This document shows, in pieces, positions 25,034-33,946 of a DNA stretch of 33,946 bases (position 1 is the stretch's first letter; each line of letters opens with the position of its first letter). Under the pieces are notes generated by a model. That model was given only the letters and a program-made list of their open reading frames with translations, was not told where the DNA came from and searched no databases. Origin of the DNA: Bdellovibrionota bacterium (lineage in GTDB: Bacteria; Bdellovibrionota_C; UBA2361); contig JBILDU010000026.1 in assembly GCA_044352465.1 (NCBI GenBank), forward strand, positions 1 through 33,946, read 5' to 3'. The position numbers and the translations under genes are program-made.

Positions 25034-25062
25034 ATGATCATGGATTCAGGGGCGGGCGTCAA
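25034..25062 (-). promoter_or_regulatory. sigma70-type promoter of the candidate sRNA
   Basis: TTGACG (25062-25057), 17 bp, GATCAT (25039-25034). Confidence 0.5.
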
Positions 25063-25072
25063 TAAAACAACG

Positions 25073-25861
25073 TTACGTAGTTTTCGTATTCTCGCCGAGA
25101 GGTGACTGGGGAGCCTCTTTATCCGCTTCTGGGGAGGTGGCCGTATAGCGAACCACCAAGATGCTTAGTCCATAGAGGAGGAGTATCGGCCCCGCCATTA
25201 AAAACTGAGTAAGGACGTCTGGGGGGGTAAGGATCGCCGAGACGATAAAGATGATAACGATGGCGTAGCGGGCTCCCCCAATGAGGGTTTGGGCATCGAT
25301 GATACCGAGACGACCAAGAAAAAAGGCGATGACGGGGAGTTGGAACACCGCACCGAAACCAACGAGGCCTTGAACCATGAGCGCGAGATGCTCACTGATC
25401 CGTACGGTCGGGGTCACGCCGATCGAGATGTACTCCTCTCGAAAGAATTCAAAGGCGAAGGGGAAGACCCACCGGTAACAAAACCAGACCCCCAGGGTAA
25501 AGAGGGTCGTGGTGGAAAAGACGAATGGGAAAGCGAGTCGCCGCTCCCCGGCATAGAGACCTGGAGCGATGAAAAGCCATAGCTGGAGGAAAAGCACCGG
25601 GCTTGAGAGCACAATTCCGGCAAAAAAAGCGACTTTTAGTTTGAGGATGAATGCCTCGGCCAGGCCGGTACCGATGAGGATGTTGTCCGGAAAGGCATCA
25701 AAATAGGGGCGCGAGAGGAAATCAAATATCTCAGTGGTAAATGAATACGCAACGATGGCACCGACGAGGATGGCGAGCAAAGAATTGACGAGTCTGCGCC
25801 GCAGCTCGCGAAGATGCCCAAAGAGATCCATGTCACCGATTTCACGGGGCGGGGTAGACAT
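25073..25861 (-). CDS. tatC: twin-arginine translocase subunit TatC
   Basis: HLRELRRRL, EAFILKLK, QLWLFIAPGLY, FQLP, AILTPPDVLTQ. Confidence 0.97.
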   Translation of the reverse strand: MSTPPREIGDMDLFGHLRELRRRLVNSLLAILVGAIVAYSFTTEIFDFLSRPYFDAFPDNILIGTGLAEAFILKLKVAFFAGIVLSSPVLFLQLWLFIAPGLYAGERRLAFPFVFSTTTLFTLGVWFCYRWVFPFAFEFFREEYISIGVTPTVRISEHLALMVQGLVGFGAVFQLPVIAFFLGRLGIIDAQTLIGGARYAIVIIFIVSAILTPPDVLTQFLMAGPILLLYGLSILVVRYTATSPEADKEAPQSPLGENTKTT

Positions 25862-26176
25862 TTAAGCACCCTCTTTTTTCTCATCGGTTGATGGAGTACC
25901 GGAGGGCGATGGTGGCGGGGCGCTCTCCGGCGCCGCCGGCCTCGATTCCTCGACGGGCTGCAGGCTTGGCCGCATTGAGGTTAGCTCTCGCCGCGCTGAA
26001 TCCACCGGATTATAGACCGAATGGTAGAATTCACGGCGCAGCGAGTCAGAGGTACGTCTAAAATCTCCGGTCCATTTGCCGAAGCTCCGCGCGATCTCAG
26101 GCAATTTGTCGGGGCCAAAGACCAGTAACACGACGACGAAGATGACGATAAGCTCGGGGAGACTGACGCCGAACAC
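25862..26176 (-). CDS. tatB: twin-arginine translocase TatA/TatB-family subunit
   Basis: GTG start MFGVSLPELIVIFVVVLLVFGPDKLPEIAR, amphipathic helix, Pro-rich tail, abuts tatC. TatB versus TatA assignment is by position and the PDKLP motif. Confidence 0.85.
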   Translation of the reverse strand: MFGVSLPELIVIFVVVLLVFGPDKLPEIARSFGKWTGDFRRTSDSLRREFYHSVYNPVDSARRELTSMRPSLQPVEESRPAAPESAPPPSPSGTPSTDEKKEGA

Positions 26177-26304
26177 GGAGACACTCACGCTGGGATAGAC
26201 CGGTTCTGAGTATCGCACCGTTGTTTCGGCGTGCCAAGTGCGGGCGAGGGTAGGGAGGGAGCTTGGGGTGTGGTACGGTAGAGGACGGTTAAGTGGGGGA
26301 AGGT

Positions 26305-26694
26305 ATGAGTGATTTAGATTCGACGGTCAAACGGCTTGGGCTCGATAAAGTTCGTCGGCATCTCTTTTTGTGTACGGCACAAGATAAGCCGAAGTGCTGC
26401 TCCGCTGAGGAGGGTGTGAAGTCGTGGGAGTTTCTGAAGCGTCGGTTGGTGGAGTTGAATTTGGTCGATGGCGACCCTTCAGTCTATCGCACCCGTGTGG
26501 GGTGTTTTCGTGTATGTCGGGAGGGGCCGATCGCCGTTGTATACCCGGAGGGCGTGTGGTACCGCGGGTGTACCCCTGAGGTCTTGGAGCGGATTATTCA
26601 AGAGCACCTCATCAACGGGCGAGTGGTTGAGGAGTTCGCGTTTCATCGCAATTCGCTCAGCGAACCTGAGGCGCCGCAAGCTCGTTCGCAATAA
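26305..26694 (+). CDS. thioredoxin-like [2Fe-2S] ferredoxin
   Basis: HLFLC...[30 protein letters not shown]. Confidence 0.92.
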   Translation: MSDLDSTVKRLGLDKVRRHLFLCTAQDKPKCCSAEEGVKSWEFLKRRLVELNLVDGDPSVYRTRVGCFRVCREGPIAVVYPEGVWYRGCTPEVLERIIQEHLINGRVVEEFAFHRNSLSEPEAPQARSQ

Positions 26695-27751
26695 GCTTTG
26701 CAACCACCGCGGCGTCTCGTCGGAGGACGGTAACGTGACCGATTTTTCGACCCGGTTTGGAGCTCTTCCCGTAGAGATGTAGGTGGGCGCCGGGAACGTC
26801 GAGGAAGTTTGCCGGGGTTGGTTCCCCACCGATGAGATTAAACATGGTCCACTCCTCTCTCGCCGTGGTGGTGCCGAGAGGAAGTCCGGCGATGGCACGA
26901 AGGTGATTTTCAAATTGGCTCGTGGTCGCGCCCTCGATCGTCCAGTGACCGGAGTTGTGGACGCGGGGTGCCATCTCGTTCGCCACGAGGTGTCCCCCCC
27001 GCACAAAAAACTCGATAGTGAGGACACCGACGTAATCAAGCGCGTTGAGAATGCGTTGGCACAGATCCTCCGCTTCAAGCTGGAGGGCGGGCGTGAGTGC
27101 CGGCGCAGGTGCCTCGGTGCGAATGAGAATGCCGCTTGAATGATGGTTTTGCACGAGGGGATAGAAGCGAGTCTCCCCGGCGCGGCTTCGCACCGCAACG
27201 ATGGAGACCTCTCGCTCAAAGGAGATGAATTCCTCGGCGATGAGCTCGTTACCCCCGAGCTCCACGAAAGCTTGTGTAGCCTCGTGAACGGAATTGACCC
27301 TCCGCTGGCCTTTCCCATCGTACCCCTGCAGGGTGGTTTTTAACACCGCCGGCGATCCGACCTGCTCGAGGGCAGCTGCGAGATCCCCCGAACAGGTGAT
27401 CGGCGCGAAGCGTGGTGTCGGCACTCCGAGCGACTGAAAAAACGTTTTCTCGCGGATCCGATTTTGCCCGATCGCGAGAGCCTGGGGTGGTGGGTAGACC
27501 GGCCTCGTCGGTTCGATGCACTCGACCGCTTGAAGGGGGAGGTGTTCAAGTTCGTAGGTGACGACATCAACCTCTGCCGCGAACCGAGCGAGCATCGCGG
27601 TCTCATCGAAGGCGCCTCGGATGGTCGGGGCGATCCGAGAGGTCGGAGCGCCCTCCGTCGGTTCGTAGAACACAAAATCGAGGCCGAGGGGGTAGCCCGA
27701 GAGGGCTAACATTCGGCCGAGCTGTCCACCACCGAGGATGCCGATCTTCAT
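26657..27751 (-). CDS. purK: N5-CAIR synthetase
   Basis: [52 protein letters not shown]. Confidence 0.97.
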   Translation of the reverse strand: MKIGILGGGQLGRMLALSGYPLGLDFVFYEPTEGAPTSRIAPTIRGAFDETAMLARFAAEVDVVTYELEHLPLQAVECIEPTRPVYPPPQALAIGQNRIREKTFFQSLGVPTPRFAPITCSGDLAAALEQVGSPAVLKTTLQGYDGKGQRRVNSVHEATQAFVELGGNELIAEEFISFEREVSIVAVRSRAGETRFYPLVQNHHSSGILIRTEAPAPALTPALQLEAEDLCQRILNALDYVGVLTIEFFVRGGHLVANEMAPRVHNSGHWTIEGATTSQFENHLRAIAGLPLGTTTAREEWTMFNLIGGEPTPANFLDVPGAHLHLYGKSSKPGRKIGHVTVLRRDAAVVAKLIANELAAPQVR

Positions 27752-28299
27752 CGTCGTTTCTTTCTCGGGGCGGACCCTTTACCTGGCGTTCGCGGGTCGG
27801 GAACCGCCAGAACCTTGGCGGTTTGGGTGCGGCGCCTTTCCTTTAGGGCTCGCAGAATCGCGGGTCGACCGCGACCGACGATCGCTGCGGCGAGAAGTCC
27901 TGCGTTGGTGGCACCTGCTGGACCGATCGCCAGAGTGCCCACCGGGATTCCGGCAGGCATTTGGGCGATCGAGAGGAGTGAGTCGAGCCCTTTTAATGCC
28001 CGTGATTCGACGGGGACGCCGAGGACCGGCACCGTCGTCTTGCTCGCCGCCATCCCCGGAAGGTGGGCCGCGCCACCCGCTCCCGCAATGATGACTTCGA
28101 GTCCCCGTTGGGCGGCGTTCTCAGCGTATGCAAACAAAAGATCGGGGGTGCGGTGCGCCGATACGACCTTGACCTCGTAGGGAACTCCCACCTCACTGAG
28201 TACGACCGCGGCGTGCTCCATGGTCGGCCAGTCAGAGGTTGATCCCATGATGATGCCAACGATCGGAGGGGATGATGATTTACGACGTTGACGGGTCAT
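27748..28299 (-). CDS. purE: N5-CAIR mutase
   Basis: [39 protein letters not shown] overlap with purK. Confidence 0.97.
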   Translation of the reverse strand: MTRQRRKSSSPPIVGIIMGSTSDWPTMEHAAVVLSEVGVPYEVKVVSAHRTPDLLFAYAENAAQRGLEVIIAGAGGAAHLPGMAASKTTVPVLGVPVESRALKGLDSLLSIAQMPAGIPVGTLAIGPAGATNAGLLAAAIVGRGRPAILRALKERRRTQTAKVLAVPDPRTPGKGSAPRKKRR

Positions 28300-28521
28300 G
28301 CGGGGAGGGCATTTTTAAAGTTTAGGCTCTCTGCGATCGTAGCGGTCATCTCTCTCTAAAGAATCATCGGGAAATGGCCGTCCCTAGGGATTTCCCTCCG
28401 GTGAGAGGTTTCGTAAGGGATCCAATTCACGCCGAATCCAACGTGCCCGCACAAAACGACTCAACCAAACCCTTTGCCTCAGCTCGGGATTTATCAGTGC
28501 AACTATACACCGTCAGGAGAA

Positions 28522-28550
28522 ATGGTAGGGCAGAATCGCGCGAGGGTCAA
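28522..28550 (-). promoter_or_regulatory. sigma70-type promoter upstream of purEK
   Basis: TTGACC (28550-28545), 17 bp, TACCAT (28527-28522). Confidence 0.55.
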
Positions 28551-28575
28551 CGCGATACGTACGCGCACTCGCCCC

Positions 28576-29286
28576 TTACGGGACGGTTTTTATCGTCACA
28601 CGGGCGAGGTGTTGATAAGCCGCGAATTCGGGGAACCACTGGGCGATACGGAGGCGCGCGGCTGACAGAGCACGATAGAGGCATGAGGCGGTGAGGGCCC
28701 GGGGGAGCACGAGCTCCGCTGGCGCGATCGATCCACGGAGTTCAACCGCCAGTTCGTGCGGGATTTCCGCGAGAAGCTCCAGGAGCCGGGCGCGGGTAAA
28801 GAAGTGGCGGTGGGTTCGATCAAGGATACCCCGGTGAGAGCGGTGGAAGAACCCAAGCGCTAACGGGATACGAACGCTCCAATGCGCAGTATTCGGAACC
28901 GAAATGAGTAGGCACCCGGTGGGGGAGAGGAGGTCAACCGCCTTGAGGAGAAGGTCGCGGGGGTCTTCGACATGCTCCAAAATATCGAGTAGGAGAATCG
29001 CATCGAATCGCTCCGTCCGATAGGCGGCGATATCTACTTCGATTCGAGCGTAGAGGGGAGCTGTTTCAGTGACCGTCGGCGGATCGTTTTCGACCGCATA
29101 TAACTCACTGAATCTGTGCTCTTTTAAGGTTGCCCCGATGACACCGCTCCCAGAGCCGATATCAAGGATACGCGTCAAAGGGGGCAGACTCTTCAGTTGC
29201 TCAGTCGCCCACCAATGGCTGGAGCCCAGATGGGGCTTCGCTACGTAGCGCGCAAAGCTCGGCAGGTCGGTTTGCGCTGGGTTCAT
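28576..29286 (-). CDS. class I SAM-dependent methyltransferase (glycan-modifying type)
   Basis: ILDIGSGSG, FDAILLLDILEHVEDP, ISVPN, GILDRTHRHFFT. ATGA overlap with the upstream GT2 gene. Confidence 0.9.
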   Translation of the reverse strand: MNPAQTDLPSFARYVAKPHLGSSHWWATEQLKSLPPLTRILDIGSGSGVIGATLKEHRFSELYAVENDPPTVTETAPLYARIEVDIAAYRTERFDAILLLDILEHVEDPRDLLLKAVDLLSPTGCLLISVPNTAHWSVRIPLALGFFHRSHRGILDRTHRHFFTRARLLELLAEIPHELAVELRGSIAPAELVLPRALTASCLYRALSAARLRIAQWFPEFAAYQHLARVTIKTVP

Positions 29287-30419
29287 CGGGGTGCGGTTTG
29301 GTCGAATATGGCCGCGCACGCCTCTGCTGGGAGCACCTCTCGTAAGACCTCTTCAAGCTCCAAAAACAGGCTCGGAAAAAATCTAAAATCTTCAAGCTTC
29401 TCAAGCCAGCTGAGTAAGTCGGCCCGCGGTCCATGGGACTGGAGCAGGGCCGCGCACCGAGTAAACGCCCACGGATTGTGCGGCCAAATCTCGCCGGCTC
29501 GTCGCAGGAGATTCTTAGCTGTCTGTAAATCGTGAGCCGCGGCCGCACGCTCCCCCTCCCGAATGAGACGATTCGATTCTTGGGCTATCGCGCGGGCGGT
29601 GTCCACCTCGGTGGCACCGGGAGGGAACGGCCACGCGCCGTCACCGAGGTACCACCAGTAGTCATCCCACGTGATAGTGTGGGGACCCCACCGTTGCGCA
29701 AAGCCGCGGACGTCGGTAACCGGGTATGAGCCGGGGGGGCTGAGTCGCAGGGTGACCGAGCCGTGGTGGTGCACCACCGAGCTCGGGATATAACGCGCCA
29801 ACATTCCCCGGGCCCCTATCTTAAGGCATAGATCGATATCTTCGAGCCCATCGAGGGAGAACCCTCCGACCGCTCGAAACACATCGCGGCGAAGAACCAC
29901 ACAAGCCCCCAACAGCGCTTGGTAGGTTCGCGCCTCATTTGCGGGTGGATGATCTCCGGGGAGTTCGTGATAAATCCCGCAGAATTTGTTGTAGCCGAAT
30001 ACATAACCCGCGTGATTAATTGTTCCGCTCGAGGGGTAGAGGAGTTTCGGCGCAACGATGCCGATCCCGGGCTTCTCGAGCTCGCGGAGAAGGGGCGTGA
30101 GCCAGCCCACTTGGGGTTCGGTGTCGTTGTTCAGGAATACCAGGAACTCCCCGCGCGCGAGCTCTGCGGCCCGATTACAAGCGGGGGAGAAGCCGGTGTT
30201 GGTGGGGAGTCGCTCAACCTGGAGAGCGGCCCACGCTGCCTGAAACTGGGCGAGTCCGCTCGATGTCTCGTCGGTAGACGCGTTGTCGACGACGATCACT
30301 TCGTACGGTATGTGGGGTTCGGTATTGCGGCGTATGGTCTCAAGGCAAGCCTGAGTGAACGTCCATTGGTTAAACACCGGGATAATTATCGATAGGTGCG
30401 GGGCGGGGGAAGACATCAT
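29283..30419 (-). CDS. family 2 glycosyltransferase with C-terminal TPR-like region
   Basis: SIIIPVFN, VVDNASTD, GFSPACN, FLNNDT, EDIDLC, helical C-terminus. Start uncertain. Confidence 0.92.
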   Translation of the reverse strand: MMSSPAPHLSIIIPVFNQWTFTQACLETIRRNTEPHIPYEVIVVDNASTDETSSGLAQFQAAWAALQVERLPTNTGFSPACNRAAELARGEFLVFLNNDTEPQVGWLTPLLRELEKPGIGIVAPKLLYPSSGTINHAGYVFGYNKFCGIYHELPGDHPPANEARTYQALLGACVVLRRDVFRAVGGFSLDGLEDIDLCLKIGARGMLARYIPSSVVHHHGSVTLRLSPPGSYPVTDVRGFAQRWGPHTITWDDYWWYLGDGAWPFPPGATEVDTARAIAQESNRLIREGERAAAAHDLQTAKNLLRRAGEIWPHNPWAFTRCAALLQSHGPRADLLSWLEKLEDFRFFPSLFLELEEVLREVLPAEACAAIFDQTAPR

Positions 30420-30572
30420 AGAGGTGGATCGCCTGTCGGGGTGACGGGATGGTTGAGGGCCCATCCAAAAGTCATGTTGCTTTCACGAAGTAAGATGCCG
30501 CGGAGGGAGGCCCCGGATTGATCAAAGTAGCGGCACCGCCCTCCTGAGGGGTCGAAGGGCGGTACCGACCGC

Positions 30573-31283
30573 TTAGTGGACGTTCGCTCGTTCAGCCTCC
30601 ATCCCATCGAGGAAACTCCAGAGCGCCGCACTCACGGTGTGGGCCGCCGCAAGAGCCTTGCCCTGCTCGCTCTCTGGAAGGGCATCGATGAGCTGCCGCG
30701 TCGCCTCGGCATGGTGCACATCGATCTCGGCATGCACCGTGAAGTATTCAAGGGTGCGAGGATCGTCTGCACCGTAAAACTTCTTGAGACCAGCGGCCTT
30801 GGTCAGCGCGACCTGTGGAATCTGTTGCTCGTAGGCAAACAACGCCCCGACGCCCTCGGCGTACGACGATTGGGCGAGGCGCATAAAGGTGTCGATGAGG
30901 TTCTGGGTTTCCGGCCGGAGCGTCTCTCCCGCGGCATCGGCTCGACTTGCGCCCATGCCCTCAGCGAATTGCAACCACAGCGCCGGATGATTCTTTGCTC
31001 CGTGTTCCTCGTCGATGAGGTTTTCAAGAAGGACCTGACGGCTCGCGATGTCACCACAGCAGGAGTGGGTTGCGCTTAAATAACGGGGAAAGGCGTTCAC
31101 ATGATGAAAGTACTGCTTCGAGTAGGTTTTAAGCACCTCTCGGGGAAGCTCACCCATCTCCCAAGCCCGATAGAAGGGGTGATGAAGCATCCCCTGGGGG
31201 CCGATCGCCGCGAGAAGTTTCGCGGAAAATCGAAGGGGCTCGGTAGGAGCCGGATTCGCTGATTTCGATTCGACTGTTTCCAT
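30573..31283 (-). CDS. CADD-family (PqqC/TenA-like) diiron protein, putative pABA synthase
   Basis: HHPFY, QYFHHVNAFPRYLS, ENLIDEE, HPALW, YEQQIP, KAAGL, YFTVHAEIDVHH. GGAG RBS. Confidence 0.88.
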   Translation of the reverse strand: METVESKSANPAPTEPLRFSAKLLAAIGPQGMLHHPFYRAWEMGELPREVLKTYSKQYFHHVNAFPRYLSATHSCCGDIASRQVLLENLIDEEHGAKNHPALWLQFAEGMGASRADAAGETLRPETQNLIDTFMRLAQSSYAEGVGALFAYEQQIPQVALTKAAGLKKFYGADDPRTLEYFTVHAEIDVHHAEATRQLIDALPESEQGKALAAAHTVSAALWSFLDGMEAERANVH

Positions 31284-31569
31284 GTTCGCTCCAGGGTGGT
31301 CCTTTCCTAAAGGTTTGCTCGCAAAGTGACGGTAGTAAAGCAACGGTGCGTGGTCATTGCGCTACGGCGGGGCTTTCCGGCGGGGCTCGAAAGTGATTTC
31401 AAAAGTCGGCTCCGACCCATGTCCGAATCGCTTCAAGTTTCGTTGGGGCCCGTTGAACTCCAGCTAAGCGAGACTCCAGCCAAACGTCGCAACACAGATG
31501 GTCCCGATAATTCGGAACGATTCTACTCCGGGCTCGCGCAACCGATCAATCAAAAGGTGGAGGGGCTTC

Positions 31570-32001
31570 TCAATACCTTTCCCGCCCGCCCGAGCGTCCA
31601 CCGTAAGGCACATCAAACGGTGGAAGCTCGGCTGGCTCGGGGGAGCGGAACTCGTCCTCAGGTAACGGGGGAAGCTGTTCCCCCCGGTCCCCGTAGGGGT
31701 CGGCGAACTCATCATCATCAGAGCGATCCCCCCGGTCGAATCGGCCGCTATCGCTCTCGTCTCGGTCGAATCGGTCACGCCGGGCAGCGGTCTCCCGTTC
31801 GCGCCGTTCTCGCTCGCGCCGGATCCGATCCCTTTGCGTTTCGTCGTCAGGGCTCATGTCATCGATCGCGGAGGATATCTCATCGATGCTCCGTCCGATT
31901 CGCTCCGCTGGACCCTCTGGTTTATGGATACACCCGCTCAGTGAGGCGATGCCGCTCAGTGAGACGATGAGGGTTGCGGCAACGAATATTCGGGCTCCCA
32001 T
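31570..32001 (-). CDS. small lipoprotein with R/E/D-rich disordered tail
   Basis: AGGAG RBS, lipobox SLSGC, EGPAERIGRSID motif, highly charged tail. Confidence 0.8.
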   Translation of the reverse strand: MGARIFVAATLIVSLSGIASLSGCIHKPEGPAERIGRSIDEISSAIDDMSPDDETQRDRIRRERERRERETAARRDRFDRDESDSGRFDRGDRSDDDEFADPYGDRGEQLPPLPEDEFRSPEPAELPPFDVPYGGRSGGRERY

Positions 32002-32215
32002 AGGTGCTCCTGTGGCGACGTGAATTGACCGCTCCGAGCATACGTCACCCCTTTGGGGAGCGAAACAGGGCGATTGGGCCGCTTTGAATGAAACCCTGGA
32101 AATGGGGTGAGAGAGGCCCCACCAAGCCATGACACTGCGGAAGAAAGCTGGTAGTCTCTCCCCAGAGCTTTTTCACCCGCACTCAACTGTGGTCAGCGGT
32201 AACGAGCCTTTATCC

Positions 32216-33601
32216 ATGTATAATTCAGCGCTGCGTTTTCATTTTACCGGTATCGGGGGCTCAGGAATGTCTGGCCTCGCCGAGATCTTACTTAACCTCG
32301 GTTTCCGGGTATCCGGATCCGACCAAAAGATAAGTGCCACGGTGGTACGGTTGCGCCAGCTCGGAGCTGAGGTTTTTGAAGGGCATGCGGCCGAGCATCT
32401 GCCCGAGGGGGCCTCGCTGCTCGTGTACTCTTCAGCGATCGAACCGACGAATCCCGAGATAATCGAGGCTGAGCGCCGGGGCCTCCCGATCGTACGCCGG
32501 GCTGAGGTGCTTGCTGAGTTAATGCGGCTCAAATATGGGGTTGGGGTTGCCGGTTCCCACGGCAAGACCACCACGACCAGTATGACGGCGGCGATCCTCG
32601 AACGTGGGGGACTCGATCCCACCGTTGTGATCGGCGGACAAGTGAAGTCGATCGGCTCGGGGGGGAAACTTGGCCGGAGCGATTATTTGGTCGCGGAGAC
32701 CGATGAGAGTGATCGGAGCTTTCTCCTCCTTCGCCCGACGATCGCGGTCGTCACGAACATCGACGCCGAGCATCTGAGTGCGTACGCGTCGCTGGCTGAG
32801 CTCGAGGAGTCGTTCGCTCAGTTCGTTCGTTCGGTTCCGTTCTATGGCCTCGCCGTGTTGTGTGTCGATGATCCTCGGGTGCGTGATCTGGCTGAGCGGT
32901 ATAGGGGGCGGAAGGTTACCTACGGACTCGCGCCACAGGCGCAGCTGCGCGCGCTTCATATTGAACCGCGGAGAGGTGGTACCTCGTTCGATGTGGTGAG
33001 GAACGGTGAGACCTTAACCCGCGTGAACCTCCCGATGCTTGGGCGGCATATCGTGGTGAATTCGTTGGCGGCTATCGCGGTGGGGCTTGAGTTCGGGATC
33101 CCTTCGGAGACGATCGCCCAAGCGCTCGGCGAATTCTCCGGAGTGAAGCGCCGGCTCGAAGTCTTGGGGGAATTCGGTGGCGTCACCGTGGTCAACGATT
33201 ATGGGCACCATCCGACCGAGGTAAAGGCGACCATCCAAGCGGTGCGCGCGGGGTGGGGGAACGAGTTGCGACGACTGCACGTGGTGTTTCAGCCGCATCG
33301 GTACACCCGCACCCGTGATTGCTTTGTGATGTTTCTCGATGCTTTCGGTGATTGCGATCGTCTCACGGTGACCGAGATTTATGCGGCGAGCGAGCCCCCG
33401 ATTGAGGGAATTACAGGGGAGGCGCTCGCCGGCGCCATCGCCCACCCCGCAGCCCGGTATATCAAAGATTTCGATGAGGTGCTGGCCAGCCTCGTGAGTG
33501 AAGTGGCGCCGGGTGATGTGATTGTATGCCTCGGCGCAGGCTCGATCGGTGGGTTTGCGGAGCGCCTTGCCAGCGAGCTGACGAAGCTCTCCAACGGCTA
33601 A
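32216..33601 (+). CDS. murC: UDP-N-acetylmuramate--L-alanine ligase
   Basis: HFTGIGGSGMSG, GSHGKTTTTS, ETDESD, VTNIDAEHL, GVKRR, DYGHHPTE, FQPHRYTR. Confidence 0.97.
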   Translation: MYNSALRFHFTGIGGSGMSGLAEILLNLGFRVSGSDQKISATVVRLRQLGAEVFEGHAAEHLPEGASLLVYSSAIEPTNPEIIEAERRGLPIVRRAEVLAELMRLKYGVGVAGSHGKTTTTSMTAAILERGGLDPTVVIGGQVKSIGSGGKLGRSDYLVAETDESDRSFLLLRPTIAVVTNIDAEHLSAYASLAELEESFAQFVRSVPFYGLAVLCVDDPRVRDLAERYRGRKVTYGLAPQAQLRALHIEPRRGGTSFDVVRNGETLTRVNLPMLGRHIVVNSLAAIAVGLEFGIPSETIAQALGEFSGVKRRLEVLGEFGGVTVVNDYGHHPTEVKATIQAVRAGWGNELRRLHVVFQPHRYTRTRDCFVMFLDAFGDCDRLTVTEIYAASEPPIEGITGEALAGAIAHPAARYIKDFDEVLASLVSEVAPGDVIVCLGAGSIGGFAERLASELTKLSNG

Positions 33602-33617
33602 GCTTCCCCGTGAGCAG

Positions 33618-33946
33618 ATGAGTATCCGACCCCTCCACGACATTATGACCCCCTTAGGGATACGTATGCGGTACGACGTCCCTGCTGCGGAGGTGACAAC
33701 CATCGCGGCGGGTGGCGTTCTGGGGGCTCTCTGTGAGCCGGAGAACGAGGAGCAGCTGGCGGAGCTCCTCCGTGCCTTATGGCAGGCCGGGGTCACCTAC
33801 CGAGTTCTGGGAGCGGGAAGTAATCTCCTCATCGACGATCGAGGTATCGCTGAATGTGTTATCCGCCTCGGTGCGGGTTTTCGGGCGATGAGTTTCGTTG
33901 GGGACGCAACGGTGCGGGTCGGTGCGGCGAGTGGGTTGATGCGGGT
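33618..33946 (+). CDS. murB: UDP-N-acetylenolpyruvoylglucosamine reductase, 5' part (partial)
   Basis: MSIRPLHD...TTIAAGG...VLGAGSNLLIDDRG...VRVGA, FAD-binding GxGSN motif, directly after murC. Confidence 0.9.
   Translation, partial: MSIRPLHDIMTPLGIRMRYDVPAAEVTTIAAGGVLGALCEPENEEQLAELLRALWQAGVTYRVLGAGSNLLIDDRGIAECVIRLGAGFRAMSFVGDATVRVGAASGLMR

Noticed and set aside
31284..31569. THF riboswitch upstream of the CADD-like gene
   Set aside because: Only a GGAGUAG fragment resembles the consensus, and the remaining conserved segments are absent.
6255..33796. Many long antisense or alternate-frame ORFs (e.g. 7022-7711, 17627-18346, 26479-27318, 31326-31970, 33014-33796)
   Set aside because: Shadow ORFs expected in GC-rich DNA. 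They overlap well-supported genes and lack motifs.
1..33946. tRNA/rRNA genes, prophage genes, integron integrase
   Set aside because: No T-loop/CCA cloverleaf, rRNA signature, phage structural gene or tyrosine recombinase was recognised in the window.

Overview
GC-rich Gram-negative bacterial chromosome segment (lpxD, tatBC, nadC-birA-coaX, purEK, dnaE, murC-murB; the gene order loosely suggests a deltaproteobacteria/Bdellovibrionota-like lineage, low confidence). From about 6.3 kb onward it is mostly housekeeping. The first 6 kb, downstream of an HU gene, is accessory and holds the main discovery, a nested mobile structure that can be rebuilt by hand. A solitary integron gene cassette (GTTAGGC core at 2100, DUF6194-like ORF, no intI in the window) has had its attC hairpin split at the apex by a 2591-bp IS66-bounded element (2612-5202, 8-bp target duplication ATTTGATT/ACTTGATT). 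That element keeps both ends, a stop-interrupted tnpA, tnpB and only the last 23 codons of tnpC. The rest of tnpC is replaced by two divergent secreted-protein genes, one with 24 Cys and tandem 6-Cys modules. Other notable items: a candidate ~120-nt sRNA with its own promoter, terminator and a CCCUCCCC loop between tatC and lpxD; a stand-alone PHP protein that has lost 6 of 9 metal ligands; a TMTC-like glycosyltransferase; a CADD-type protein outside any folate cluster; and a long purEK leader. All family assignments come from motif recognition by eye; no database searches were run.
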